Shown here: positions 24,860-36,647 of the stretch, piece by piece
How the letters are laid out: the number at the start of each line of letters is the position of its first letter
Position numbering within the stretch: position 1 is the first letter of the stretch
DNA from: Vitrella brassicaformis CCMP3155
Lineage: Eukaryota; Protista; Chromerida
Direction of reading: 5' to 3'
DNA length: 64,000 nt
Assembly (NCBI GenBank): GCA_001179505.1
Contig: CDMY01000254.1
Span: forward strand, 83,632 to 147,631
Notes under the pieces: generated by a model
Seen by the model: only the letters and a program-made list of their open reading frames with translations
The model's database searches: none
What the model was told of the DNA's origin: nothing
Position numbers and translations under genes: made by a program

Positions 24860-25053
24860 TTTCTAAGACGTCACAAACCCCTCGAAAAATCGAAGGAGTA
24901 CTTTAAAAAATTCGCAAACAAAAAACCGGAGTCCTTTTGGGGGACAACCTGTTCCTCCGCAGCCGCGCGACGGCGGAGCGCGTGTTCAAGCACAACACGC
25001 TCCTGGACGTCTTCAAGGCCATCCTTCACCCCGTGGAAGCCTCCTCCTTTTGA
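24860..25053 (+). mobile_element. Probable degenerate REL retrotransposon fragment (region after the zinc knuckle)
   Basis: GDNLFLRSRATAERVFKHNTLLDVFKAIL resembles the GDH..C......R..RHNxxRDxL segment of CRE-like elements. Adjacent to a gap, so read quality is probably low. Confidence 0.5.
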
Positions 25054-25428
25054 TTTGAATTTTGCGCTTGTCACCTCGGTATATGCGGGGATGGCACAGA
25101 GGGCCCAAGGAGAGAAGGGCGTGAAACGCTTTGGCTAACGATCTTTGCGCGCGTCTTTGAATTCCGAATTCCTCACCGAAAAGGGACCCTTGGGCGAGTC
25201 AGCCGCCGGTGGGCCGGCCCCGGTGACAGGCCGTCTTTTTCTCATCGTCCACAGGGCCCGGGCCGAGCCCGTGCGCCTTCAAGTTGGCGCCGAAATATGA
25301 GTTTTCCACTCCCCTCATCCCCACTCGCTCAGTGGGTGGGCACCAGGAGATTGTCTTTCTTCATTGGGAGTGGTACGGAGGGGGGGTAAACAGACCAGAA
25401 CACGAATGCACTTCTCCATGTATTATCT

Positions 25429-26325
25429 GTGTCAGTGGTGCTTCTTTTTCTGCTTCCGAAGATGTGGCTATTGTTGTTGAGGTGCCGGTCTGCCATAAAG
25501 CCGGAGGAGACCAATGCGCTGCGTGGCGCCTTCTCGTCAATCTACAGTTCGGCCAAATGGGGGAGGAACAAGGACGGGAAGGGGCACAGCGGCGCGGGCA
25601 GCACCGAGGAGGCAACAGACAACTTTCGCCTGTTGCTGGAGGACTTTCTGCGACAGCGAAACATCAGGTCTGTCGTTGATGCGGGATGCGGCGACTGGTA
25701 CAACAGAGACAGACAGACAGACAGACAGAGCACAGAGCCCCGCCCGCCATGCACGTCTATGTGCATTGCATTGCAGGGAGTGGACACAGTTTGTGGATTG
25801 GCGTCCCGTAGAGGAATACACAGGTGTGGATGTGGTGCCGTCCGTCATTGCTCGCAATCAGGACTTGTATAGCAGCCACAACAGGACTTTCCACGCGAGG
25901 AGCATCTTGAAAAGGGACAACCTGCCTCCTGCAGACGTGAAGAACCGACAGAAGAAGACCAATTACCACACATAACCTCTCTTTCCGGCTTCATTCTGTT
26001 GCAGCTGTTGATGTCCAAGGATGTGTTGCAGCACCTGCCTACACCGATGGTACACCAATTCATTGCGAACCACCTCAGTGCTCACGACGGCCGATACAAG
26101 TACAAGTATGCCCTCTTGACTAACGATAGATGCAACGTGACAAGATTGCATCGCCGCTGCGTGGACAATCGGGACCTGGGCCAGCCAGGCGGCTGGCGCG
26201 AGGTGAATCTGGCTCTCCCGCCCTTCTCTCTGCCGGCGTTTGACTTCTATCGGTGGCCTCACCATTGGTGGGATGACAACGAAAGGGAGAAGGTCACGGT
26301 GCTGATGGACTTCACTAGGGTATAG
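25429..26325 (+). CDS. Class I SAM-dependent methyltransferase, bacterial-like, with hydrophobic N-terminus; 3 exons; start uncertain (ATG at 25462)
   Basis: FSSIYSSAKWG...SGAGSTEEAT...IRSVVDAGCGDW|..YTGVDVVPSVIARN...PPAD|LLMSKDVLQHL...YALLTN...GGWREVNLALPPFSLP. Confidence 0.88.
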
Positions 26326-27098
26326 ACGTGCCCGAAAAACTAGGAGACAGCTGAGTAGTGCCACAACATGTAGCGTCCAATACCGTCAGCGAATATTGCC
26401 GCCGATGTCGAGGACACGAAATGCGGCTGGCAAGTGGAGACATAATATATGACCCACCCGTTCATAGTTGGGCTTCGGAAGGTATGACTCTTTCGGCGTG
26501 TGGGCGCTGCCTCTGAAGTGGCTTCTTGTGCCAACTGCCCCCTTCACGACACTCAACGATGCTGTGCTTCGGACCTTCAGCGTCAGCCTCAGAGTCAGCC
26601 GGCAAAGCTCGAAAACTCAGAGTCAGCCCTGAAACTGGACTGTCAGGGGTGTGATTGATTGAAGGCTTAATTTGAAGCTGCAGGAGGCGAATTGCCCAAG
26701 GTCTTTTCCTTTGAATATGCACCAAGCTGGTGGCAGCAAATATTGGACTCTCGTCGTGCGGCTGTTGCTTTGAATATGCCCTCGTACTCATAATCATCAG
26801 AATGATGAAAAAGCGAGTGATCTGCTTGCGTTCCATGAGGCAACGCCGAACTGCAAGGGACCAACGGCAATTGCTGGAGATGAGTCATCTTCTCTTCCTC
26901 TCACCGAACACGTGCAGATACTGGCCATCACACTCAGAATCAAAAGAGGACGCGCCGTAAAAGGGAAGGTTTACACGACTGTCACAGCTCAGATCAGTTT
27001 CACGAAGTGTGCTCTAGGGGCTCTTCACTGCCTGACACCCCACAGCATATGACCACCCACCCATCCCCCTGACCACGTCTTGTCAATACCACTCCAGC

Positions 27099-30000
27099 CA
27101 TGCGGCAAAGCTGCATGCTGTTCGTTGCTGGTTCACTCACATCACCTGGTGTGCATGCCGCTGTGAGATAGATCTGGCAACGACGCCATCTAACACCTGT
27201 TTTGGTGTGTTGTTTGCCAGATCTATCTCAATTCCCCTTGGTCCAGAGGCGAGGCGCCTTCCTGAGTACAAGGCCTCCCTTCCCCATCCGTCCCTTGCGC
27301 TCTCGCTCACAGCTCCTGCGATCAGCCGCACCACCGCTGGTGGAGGAGGGACCGCCTGACAGCCGTGGAGTCCGTGCGGTGCCTGGGGACAAAGGCAAGG
27401 ATACCGAGGCAAACCTTCCGCTGCTCGTCGACTTGCCAACTGAGCTCAGGTGATGCATGAGCACACCACAGCCTGCTTCGAGTCGCATATGGAGTACATC
27501 CCACTTAATCGTCCGTATGGGTGTGTCAGGATAAAGCTGTTGGATGAAGGCCGCACGGCTCCACGCCGTCAGCGACTCATCCGGGACGAAATCAAGCGGC
27601 AACAGAAGATGACTCCAGGCACTAAAGGGCCAGCATGGTACGGCACATGGCAACCTACCGCAAGCAAGTGACAGCGTGCGCCGTTTGCCGATGGCGCTGC
27701 CGCCTTGTTTGTTCCTCCCCTCAGGCAGCCGAGGAAGAGCATGATCAAGATACAGGAGCGGCTGGTGATCGAGCAGCTGGTACGCAGTCAGGCCAAGGAC
27801 GGCGAGCGGCAGAAGTGGCGAAAGGTGAAGCGACTGGCGCCGCAAAAGAAATTGTTGCCAATCTCAATGTTCAGGGTGAGTGCGCCAGCCAGAAAGCAAA
27901 GCAGCAAGCTCAAAGGAGGGGGGACGTACACATGCAAGTGGCACATGGGGCTGAATGGACGTGTTTGTGCAGGTTGGTGAGAGGATTCGTGGTCGTGTGA
28001 TTCAGCTAAAACAGCACGGCGCATGGATCGATATCGGGTGCACACAGAAGGCACTGCTGCACATACGGGTGAGGCGATAGATAGCGACTGCCCGCTTTCG
28101 TGTGCCCTGTGTGCCTTACTACCCCATCCTGTGTGCTGGTGTTTCAGGACATGGCGGAGGAGGGCGAGGGGTGGATCTCAAGCCCAACTGATAAACTTGT
28201 CCCAGGTCACACACTTGCGACCAATCTGACATGCCTTGGAGCCTTTCTCTGCCGCTTTCTCCGCAGGCCAAGAGCTCAATGTGACCGTCAAATATGCCGC
28301 ACCATCACAGGTGGGCATCGACCCACTCATGTCCCCTTAGAAGGCAGGGGTGCTGTGCTTGCCCGTCGTCGCCTCTCTAACAGGGTGTGTTGGCCGTAAC
28401 GCTCCGACCCAACGATGTCCAGAGGCTGCAAAGCCAGCCGGCAGTGGTGCCGGAACAGGCAGGGCCGGCAGAGCGCCGAAGACCAGTGGATTCCTTTCGC
28501 TTGGAGGAGAGGGTCGACGGAGTGGTGACGCGGGTGACTGAGAAGGGCTGCTTCGTCGACATTGGGGCTGATGTCGATGCATGGATGCATACGGTAAGGT
28601 ATCATCCATCATGCGCAAAACCATACGGCACATGTCGTTGATTGATTGTCTGTTGCCGTTGTTAGATGGATGTGGAAGATCCCTATCGGGATCGTGGGCG
28701 CAACTTCAAGGCCACGTCGGATTTCTTCCACGTTGGCCAGCACTTTCAGGGGCTGTACATCAAAACAGTCGACAAAGTGCGAAATCGGTGAGTAAGCGAA
28801 TCTTGAAGAGCCCTGGGCGGTGCTTCATGCTCCTTTTAGTCTCTGTCTGGCTCTCTTCCTGTAGGTTGCGTGTGACTCCTTGGTCATACCGAGAAGAGCT
28901 GGACCGTCGCGTGTGGCATGGATTCGAAACACTGGAGGAACAAGTACACAGTCATACCTAAAGGCACCGACTCTCTCTCCCATGTCACTGTGCGTATGTC
29001 CAGCACGAGTACGCCCCCGTTCCGGCCTATCAGCGCGAGGAGATTTTGCGGCGACAATCCTCAGAGCACCAACAAGAACCGATCATGACAAGACAAGCGA
29101 CACTACCAGCAGCAGAAGAGTCGCATCAGATGTCCGAAACGGTGTCCCGCGATGAGGCGCCACAGCTCCCTTCTCACCCGACATCAGCACCTCTGTCGGC
29201 CCATGCTCCCGTCACTTCCACAGACCCCTTAACCTTGGATTACCAGGACCTCCTGCAAGTGGCGCAGCGGAAAATGACGGGCAAGGATGAGAAGGAGAAA
29301 GAAGAGACGGTCGGTGCAGCAGGTCTGCAGCCAAAGGCAGCTGTAGCTGCCTCTCAAGCAGACACGAAATCAGAGGTGCCACCCGTCACTCGCGCAGGAG
29401 ACGTCAACCAGCGCCTCTCCACGTCTGATGCTGGCCGAGCTCCTGCTGGACGGAGGAGGACGTCTGAGGCTCTTTCGTCTATCGAGGAGAGCAGGATAGA
29501 TGAGCTGACGAGTCGGATCGAGGGTCTGAATGAGGGCATGAGCATCACTCCTGAGATGCGGCGCAAGATCATGCAGGAGGAGCCACCGGAGCTGACAGAA
29601 GAGGACTTCAACTTTGACAGGGACAAGGCGCTCGACATCAGCCAGTGGGACGACGAAACCAGAGGTCACCCGAGATGAAATAAGCGGCATGCGCACCCAC
29701 TCGCACGGCATGCTTGTTCGCATGTTCCTCCTTCTGTCATTCGTGCAGCGGCTGCCCGCGCCATCTTTTCGGAGGCTCCCGAGGATTGGGAGAGGATAGT
29801 CTACTCCAAGCCCGAGATGGATGTGCCGACGCTTGATAGCTTCGTCAACCCCGCCCTGCGCGACCCATCCAAGGTGAGGCTGCTGAGCTCGGAGGGGGAG
29901 GTGAGGCAATACCTCAAGGGCATCGAAAGAGAAGAGGACGCAACCGATGAAGAGATTGCCTACGAGGAGGACATGCCGCTCACCAAGGACCAGCAAGAAT

Positions 30001-31281
30001 ATGAAGACTACCTAACCAAGTACGCAGACAAACGATGCAAGACGCATTCATCCACTCATTGTGGGTATCGCCGTGTCAGGATCTTCGATGCCGAAGTGGC
30101 TCAGCAGGTCGCTGGCAGCAACGGGACTACCCTGAAGGATGATGGCTTTGTCGCACCAACCTTCAAGGGCCACCAACCGTCGTCACTGTCGTCCCAGACC
30201 ATGCTATCCCCTCCCCCGTCTTTTGAAGACGACGACGTCCCGACTGCTCCGTCAGCTGGTGTGATCAACCTCTCTGCCATCCGAGCGAAGAAGAGGGCTC
30301 AACAGCAGATCAACAGAGAGAAAGAGATGGCGTTTGAGGAGCACGAGCAGATGCGGGAGGAGAGCATGACGGCTGCTGCTGATGCACAGCAAGTGTTCTC
30401 TTCCGCGAGCGATTACTCACTGCCAGCTGACTGGACGGTTGCAGACGTCTTGGATGCAGATCAGCGTTTTCGAGGGCGCACGTTCGATCAAGATGTAAGT
30501 AGACACGACACGGACACGTAGGGCAGGTTGTACGCACCTCACCCTGCTGTTCGGTGTTCTTTCCAGCTGGATGACTTTGGGTACGCCAAGTTGGTCGAAG
30601 AGCTCAACGACGAAGACCCAGAGATGCTCAAGTGAGACGGACGGTTGCAGGCTGAAGACGCATTCTAGTGCGATGCTGGTTTCGTGCATTGCTTGTGTGT
30701 ACAGGGATCCTGCAGTGCAGACTATTCTCAAGAGCCTGAGAGAGTACGAAGCAAATCCAGAGGAATGGTAAGAGATTTACCTTGCGGGAGCAAGTGACCG
30801 CAATGGCTCATGCCCCTGTTCTGCTGCATAAATCAGGTATCGCAACAACAAGGAAGGAGACGAGCCATCAGCAGAGGCGCTTCTGCTCCGTGACTTACGA
30901 AGGGCGTCAATCGCCAGCGGTGAAGTCGTGCGAGTCAATGCGCCGAAGACAGGAATTCTGGACGCCGCACCCACTGCCCGCGACTATGATGCAGACGAGG
31001 CGGGTTTTCTGCCCCTTGACAATGCGTTCTCGTCGCTGCTCGCCAACACACTCGGACGAGGCGATGTGGAGGAGCCTCCCCCTCTCTCAGAGAGAGAGAA
31101 ACTTCGCCAGCTCTTTTCTTCCCCCGCATTCGCCCAGAGGCTGAAGAGGTTAGGTCTGAGTCTTCAAGCTGAGGACATTGACATAGACAGGTTGGCGGAG
31201 TTCCGTCGGAAGGTTGTGGAGGACGCATTGGTTTTGAGTCGTCAGAATCCAAAACTGCGTTTTCGAGAAGACGGTAGCTAA
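27099..31281 (+). CDS. S1 RNA-binding domain protein (two S1 domains plus a long acidic/low-complexity C-terminus), possibly plastid-targeted; start uncertain
   Basis: VGERIRGRVIQLKQHGAWIDIG (about 27975-28050) and ERVDGVVTRVTEKGCFVDIGADVDAWMH (about 28510-28590). Long downstream plus-strand ORFs. Transit-like GAFLSTRPPFPIRPLRSRS. Confidence 0.75.
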
Positions 31282-31599
31282 GTGTAGCTAAGTTGGCCGT
31301 GTGTTGAACAGTGCGCGTGTGCTAAGTTGACCGTGTGTCCGACCTCTTTGTACGATCAACGCATTAATCTGCATCCACGCCATCTACTCAGTCAAATCCA
31401 TCCATCCATCCATCCACCCCTTCTCTCTCACACTTTTCTCTCTCCTTCTTTTCGCGGTTCCACTCTGGTGACTCATCCCTTTGTCTTGGTACTCAGCCAC
31501 CTGTGTGTCCACTCTGGCTTGTTCAGCTCGCGCCTCATCCCAACCACCAGCGATGAAAAGGTCTACCGGGGTGTCCCGACAAAAAAAAAACGCAATTCG

Positions 31600-32901
31600 C
31601 CGTTTAGTATTGTGACACACGTAAGTATTGTCGTGAGGTATATCCATTTCTGACCGATTGTCTGTTCAACGGCGAGCCTGTACAAAGGGATACTGCACTG
31701 CTTCAGCATCTTCCCGCTACACCCCAGGATAGTGGCTGGCGGCAATGTCCGGCGCAGCTGTGCGAGATCACCTAAACCCATATCAGTCATGACAAACACG
31801 CCCTTGGGTCTCAGTTCCAGCCATGCTGTGATCCCCTTGAGGATGTCCGGGATTGAGCCGGCCTTTCTTCAAGTTCGCAATTCATGCGCACACACAGACA
31901 CACACAGAGCAGATAAACACAGCGGAAGCACGGCGACTTTCTTTATGCTCTGTTTACATGTCTCCGTGCCAAATATGAAAGCAGGCGATTGAATTACCAG
32001 GAGTCACGGTCAGCTTGTCGAGCAGCTGGCGTGGGGCCTTGTCGACCTCATGCCTGAAGTGCACAACTTTTCGCGGGCAAGCGGGACGAGGGCCAAAGAA
32101 AGCCAGTAAGCCCCTAAATGCGACGAGTGGACAGAATCAGTGCGAACAGTCACATCTATGTCATGTCTCACCTGGCGGCAACAATTGAGAAGTTGTTTTC
32201 CCTCATCAACCGTTCGATTCCGTCGCGAGACTCAATTGTACGTAGGGATCCCGGCTGCGTCCAACGGATAGTCTCATCCATGCCTCGCTCTGTCCAGTCA
32301 GTAGGCACTGGAACGCGTCCGTGTGTCTCAGAACTTTATGTGGGCTGCTCATTGCCAAGCCGCTCGTGAACAAGCCGGCGTGGTACCATGGCCTCACCAG
32401 GCAGTCCGCTGACCACCGGGCTGGGTCTCGCCATTGTGCACCCATGGACGAGAGGCGACCAGAGAAGAACAGTGCTAGCTGGGGATCCGCAGCCGCATGA
32501 TCCTCAAAACAACAACTTGACAACGAGAACAACGATCCCCAGTATTCAGTGCTTCTGCACTGAATTTTTGGGTTGACCTGCATCCACTGCTCGTTCAACG
32601 CCCAGCTGACGCCCATGCCTGGGCTACCCATTGGGCAAATGAGAAGAGCGCGGCGCGAAATCTGACAATAGGCAGCGAGCGACTGTTACACACTTGGTAC
32701 CTGTGCAATGTCAAGGTTGTTTGTGCGATTGGTATACCTTCCTCGTGGGCTGTACGCCATCGCGTGGGTCGTGTCAAGCAGCGGCTTGGATTTGTTTGTT
32801 CGGCGCTTGTCGGACAGAGCCTTCTCCGGCGACACGGCTGTCTGCGTCGACAGCCAAAAGATGCAGATGACAGCCCAGATAGAGAAAGCAAGACGGGACA
32901 T
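31600..32901 (-). CDS. Possible secreted hypothetical protein, multi-exon; model not resolved
   Basis: Signal peptide-like MSRLAFSIWAVICIFWLSTQTAVS followed by a GT donor, and several short open minus-strand segments. No recognised family. Confidence 0.35.
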
Positions 32902-33537
32902 GCCACTTGTTCCTCAATTTTCTGTCTCGGATCACATCGCCACCAGACTAGCGGACAGTCGCGGACCCATGGTCGCGGACGTAGGAATCAGACGCCCCAT
33001 TTACCGCAGCACTTGAAGGCATCTGGCTTTATGGAACGTGTACAAAGCAACCAGCCCTCCGCTCCAGGCCCCCTCTGTGGTGTTTTGTTTTTTGTTTACA
33101 TTTTTGTTTCTGTGTGTGCGTTTTCTCTTTCTCTCTTCCTTCTTTTCTTCTTTTCTTTTCTTTCCGGTCTGGTGCGATTTTTCTGTCTGGTGTCCTCCCG
33201 GTCCTCGCTTGCGTGTCTTTCTTGACGATTCAAGACAGTGCTTATCTGCTCACTGAACGTCCGCGCTTTGGGCTTCGGTGCGCCCCGCGTCAGTCGTCTT
33301 TTCCAGGTTGGCGAAAAAGACACTCGGCTCGAGGCCCATGCAAAAGCGGTTCAGCTTGTCCCGTCTTCTTCTTGACGTCGATTGTTCGTCAAAGTCGGCA
33401 CTGCGGAGCTGTCGGTCGTTACCACAGCCTGTTTGGGGGTCCTTAGCTATCGCCGCACACGTCCCCATCATCGTGTGTCTGCAGCTCACAGACATACACT
33501 GCGACCCGTGGGGTTCTTTATTTTTTGTTTGCGAATT

Positions 33538-34896
33538 TTAAAAGGAGACGCTTCCGCTGTTTTCTTGTCCCAGGAAGTGAGCGCTGGTACGCCATAAATT
33601 GTCAATGTGCGTCTCCGTTAACTGTGGCAAATTCAATCGGTGGCTCGTCCCGTCTTGGTCACTTTCCTCTTCTTCGACAAGACGCGCCACGTGGAGGCCG
33701 TGGTAAGTCTCCTGCTGGTCGCCTTCTTGCTCTTGCTCATCCTCCGCGACATCGGTAATGTCGGCATTCTCATTGAAGTAATCGCCCACGTCTAGCTTCG
33801 ACCGCAAGGGAGGCCACAAGGTACAGTCTGGCCGATAGTACGAGAGCCATAAGCACACATCATGCGCACGCAATCTCCACGGCTTCTGCCGACCGCTATA
33901 ATGTAAGATGCGAGTCTTGGCTAGCCGGCCCATGGTGAAGCTGCGCTGGGCACACCACAGAGAGTTCCATGTCTCATCGAGCGCCGCGAAGCCCCATTTA
34001 TGAGCCAGAATCGAGAATGGCAGAGAGAATGCTTCTTCGAGATATATTCCTTTCCCCTGCGTCGCATGATGGCCCCGTAGATGGTGTATAATGCTTTCAG
34101 CGGCAAAAATCAAATTCAGCGCTCGCCAAGCTGACAAGTTAGCAACAAATACCTGCAGACAAAGGTATATTATCATTGCCATTCGCATATAAGCATCGTA
34201 TCATCATTCACGGAGACCCCAGGATTGAGAAGACGCGATGCCGATGGATCAATCCTCAGCTGCCGACAGATACGTTCTCCTCTCGTATGAAACGCATCCT
34301 TCAGCAGTGGCGAATCCGACTGGATAGGCACAGCAAGCGCATTTTGGCCGGCTCTTGCGAGTCGAAATGCCCCGCCTCCTCCCAGCCTTATCTGCTGCGG
34401 TCGTCCAAGTGCAGCGAGCCCTTCATCGTAGAGCTGTCCAATATCGGCTCCGGCCAGTATATCCGTGTCAAGCCACAACACAACTGAGCAGGATGGCAGG
34501 AGCTCAGGCAAATACAATCGCAAGAAGTTCATATGTGTTTGAGGAAGCCGTCCATGAGCGATGCGGATCAATGAGGAGGGAAGCAGGGAATGCTCGCCTT
34601 CACCAGGGTCACGGAGCTCAATCTCATGGAAAGTGACAGATGGCTGGCTCCCCGGGTGAGTGAGTCCGGCTGTGTAGCATCTGTATGCGCTTGCGACGGA
34701 CGCAGATAGAGACGCGGGGATGAACAAATGAAAATGCAGGTCTTCAGGCGTTTGTGAATGGTAAACAACGGACGCAAGCGTCACCAGGATCCCAGCCAGA
34801 TGGTCATGCGTAGCTGTCACAAACAATAATAATACTCCCGTGCAATTTTTCAATCACTGTCTCACCTGCCATGGCAATTTGTACAGTGCCAGCCAT
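33538..34896 (-). CDS. GT8 glycosyltransferase (GATL-like)
   Basis: VQIAMA|ATHDHLAGILVTLASVVYHS...LHFHLF, NFLRLYLPELLP...VLWLDTDI (DxD), LNPGV|FVANL, WN, ILHYSGRQKPW. Confidence 0.9.
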
Positions 34897-35047
34897 TCGG
34901 GGCAGGAGCGATTCAAGTCTTGCTCACGTGTGAGGCAAGTTTACAGCATGGGTAAACTTCGCTTGCTTCTTTGCAACAACGCGTGTGTGGCCCCCCGCGC
35001 ATCGTTACACATCAATCATCTGTAGTCTGTACAGCGTAGTGTTGCAC

Positions 35048-36378
35048 ATGAAAACGTCAGTGTCAGCACTGGTCGTTCTCACTGGCGTCGCCTCATTCCT
35101 TTTCTGGTTACGGACATCAGAAAAAGGTACGAAAGGATCTCCTGCTCAGCGCCTACTGTGGCTGCTGTGTGTGCTTTTCTCTGCTTGTCTCCGGCCAGTC
35201 ACCTTATCACGAACCTCGTTCCCAAGGCGATACCTCATCGACGACTACTGACCGTTGCGGTCGGGAGGTGAGAAGAGACAGGGACGAAAAAGACGGTTTC
35301 ATATAGGAGAGAGATGCTCACACAATTACTGCAGGGCAGGGTCGTGCCCTGAGAAGTGCCTGTTCATCCATCGTTATCTCCCGGAGTGGGTCAGGTAACA
35401 AGAGACAGGCTGCGAGTCGATATCCAAGGGTCTTTCGTTCAGATATCGGATTGTCGAATACGGTGACATCAGCGAATTGGAGAGTCAGCTCCAGCATGAC
35501 AGTACGGATGTCATCATCGTCGCAAGGAACACCTCTGACCTCTCCATCTCACGCCTTGGGGAGTGCGCTCAACGACGCAAAGAGAAAGGCTCGTCGGTTG
35601 GTCTCTACCACATGGCAGACATCGGCAACAGCGGCTTCGGGCGGGACTACGGCGAATTTGATTATGTGATACGGATGCACTACTTTTCTAGGCTGCGTCG
35701 TGCCGCTACAGGACTGTTTCTGTATTCCCTGTCGAATCTGACCTGCTCACGATCAAATGGACCTGATGGATGGCCGCCAGTATTGAAAGGTGACAAGGAC
35801 GACCGTTTCATCCCTAGACTGTCCACTGGCAGCTTCTGCCGCCTGGCTTTCCGGCCGACATGTACGACAGAGAAGGCTATTCAGCTTGGCCTGCTTCCAT
35901 GCGGAAATACGACTGCACATTCGTCGGCTGGCCAAGGACACACGGTAGCAGAATACTCTTGTCCGCGCTAAAGAAGCACCCTTTCGGCAGGCGGCTCAAG
36001 TGTCATTTATCTGTGCAGAGAAAGTTTAGACGAGAAATCGGGCCCTATTCTTACCAAGTTCACTACTTGTCCACAAGCAAGATCGGTTTCTGCCCAAGGG
36101 GAACAGGTCCTGAAACAATGCGTTTTGCTGAGGTCCTCGGCGCCGGAACAGTTCCTGCCATGCTGCCCTCGAACTTTCATTCGGTGACTTTTTCTCGATT
36201 TCCCGGCGTCATCGCAAGCTCGTGGCCGAAAGTGTTTGCGAAGATTGGCGAGCTCCTCAAGGATCCAGAGAGGCTAGACGAGGTCCAAGAGGAATGTGTG
36301 AAGTGGTACAGGAGACTGCGCGAGTGCGAAAGGGCCGGAATAGATGTGCTCCTGAGACACGCTTTGACGGACAAATGA
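35048..36378 (+). CDS. Exostosin-like glycosyltransferase (GT47-like), multi-exon
   Basis: Signal anchor MKTSVSALVVLTGVASFLFWL; FDYVIRMHY; SKIGFCPRGTGPETMRFAEVLGAGTVP...WPKV...LLKDPERLDEVQEECVKWY. Confidence 0.8.
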
Positions 36379-36647
36379 AAGGACGAGAGACAAAGCACTT
36401 CTCTCCTCCTCTGAGTCCTCCCCGACGAGACGACATACAGCACAGAAAGGAGGCAAGGGCATTGCGGTGATCAGATGAGGCATGGTTGTCTGTTGGTCAC
36501 CTTCGTGAGGGACCTGCCGTGTTTGTCTTCTTCACAACTCCTGCTGGTGGTCAGGGGGACTGCTGTGAAACGGATCTACACCGTGACGGAGTAGCATTGG
36601 ACAACCATGGGCGACCAGAACATCTGATCTAGACACGAGAGCTGAAG

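Noticed and set aside
23316-25138. Long ORFs containing X runs and poly-P/poly-G peptides
   Set aside because: Artefacts of translating through N gaps and C/G homopolymers.
26462-26836. Minus ORF with a signal-peptide-like start (TRFFIILMIMSTRAYS)
   Set aside because: Non-ATG start in the track, no motif or clear splice structure; too little support for a gene call.
27228-27845. 205-aa minus ORF with signal-like N-terminus
   Set aside because: Antisense to exons of the S1-domain gene.
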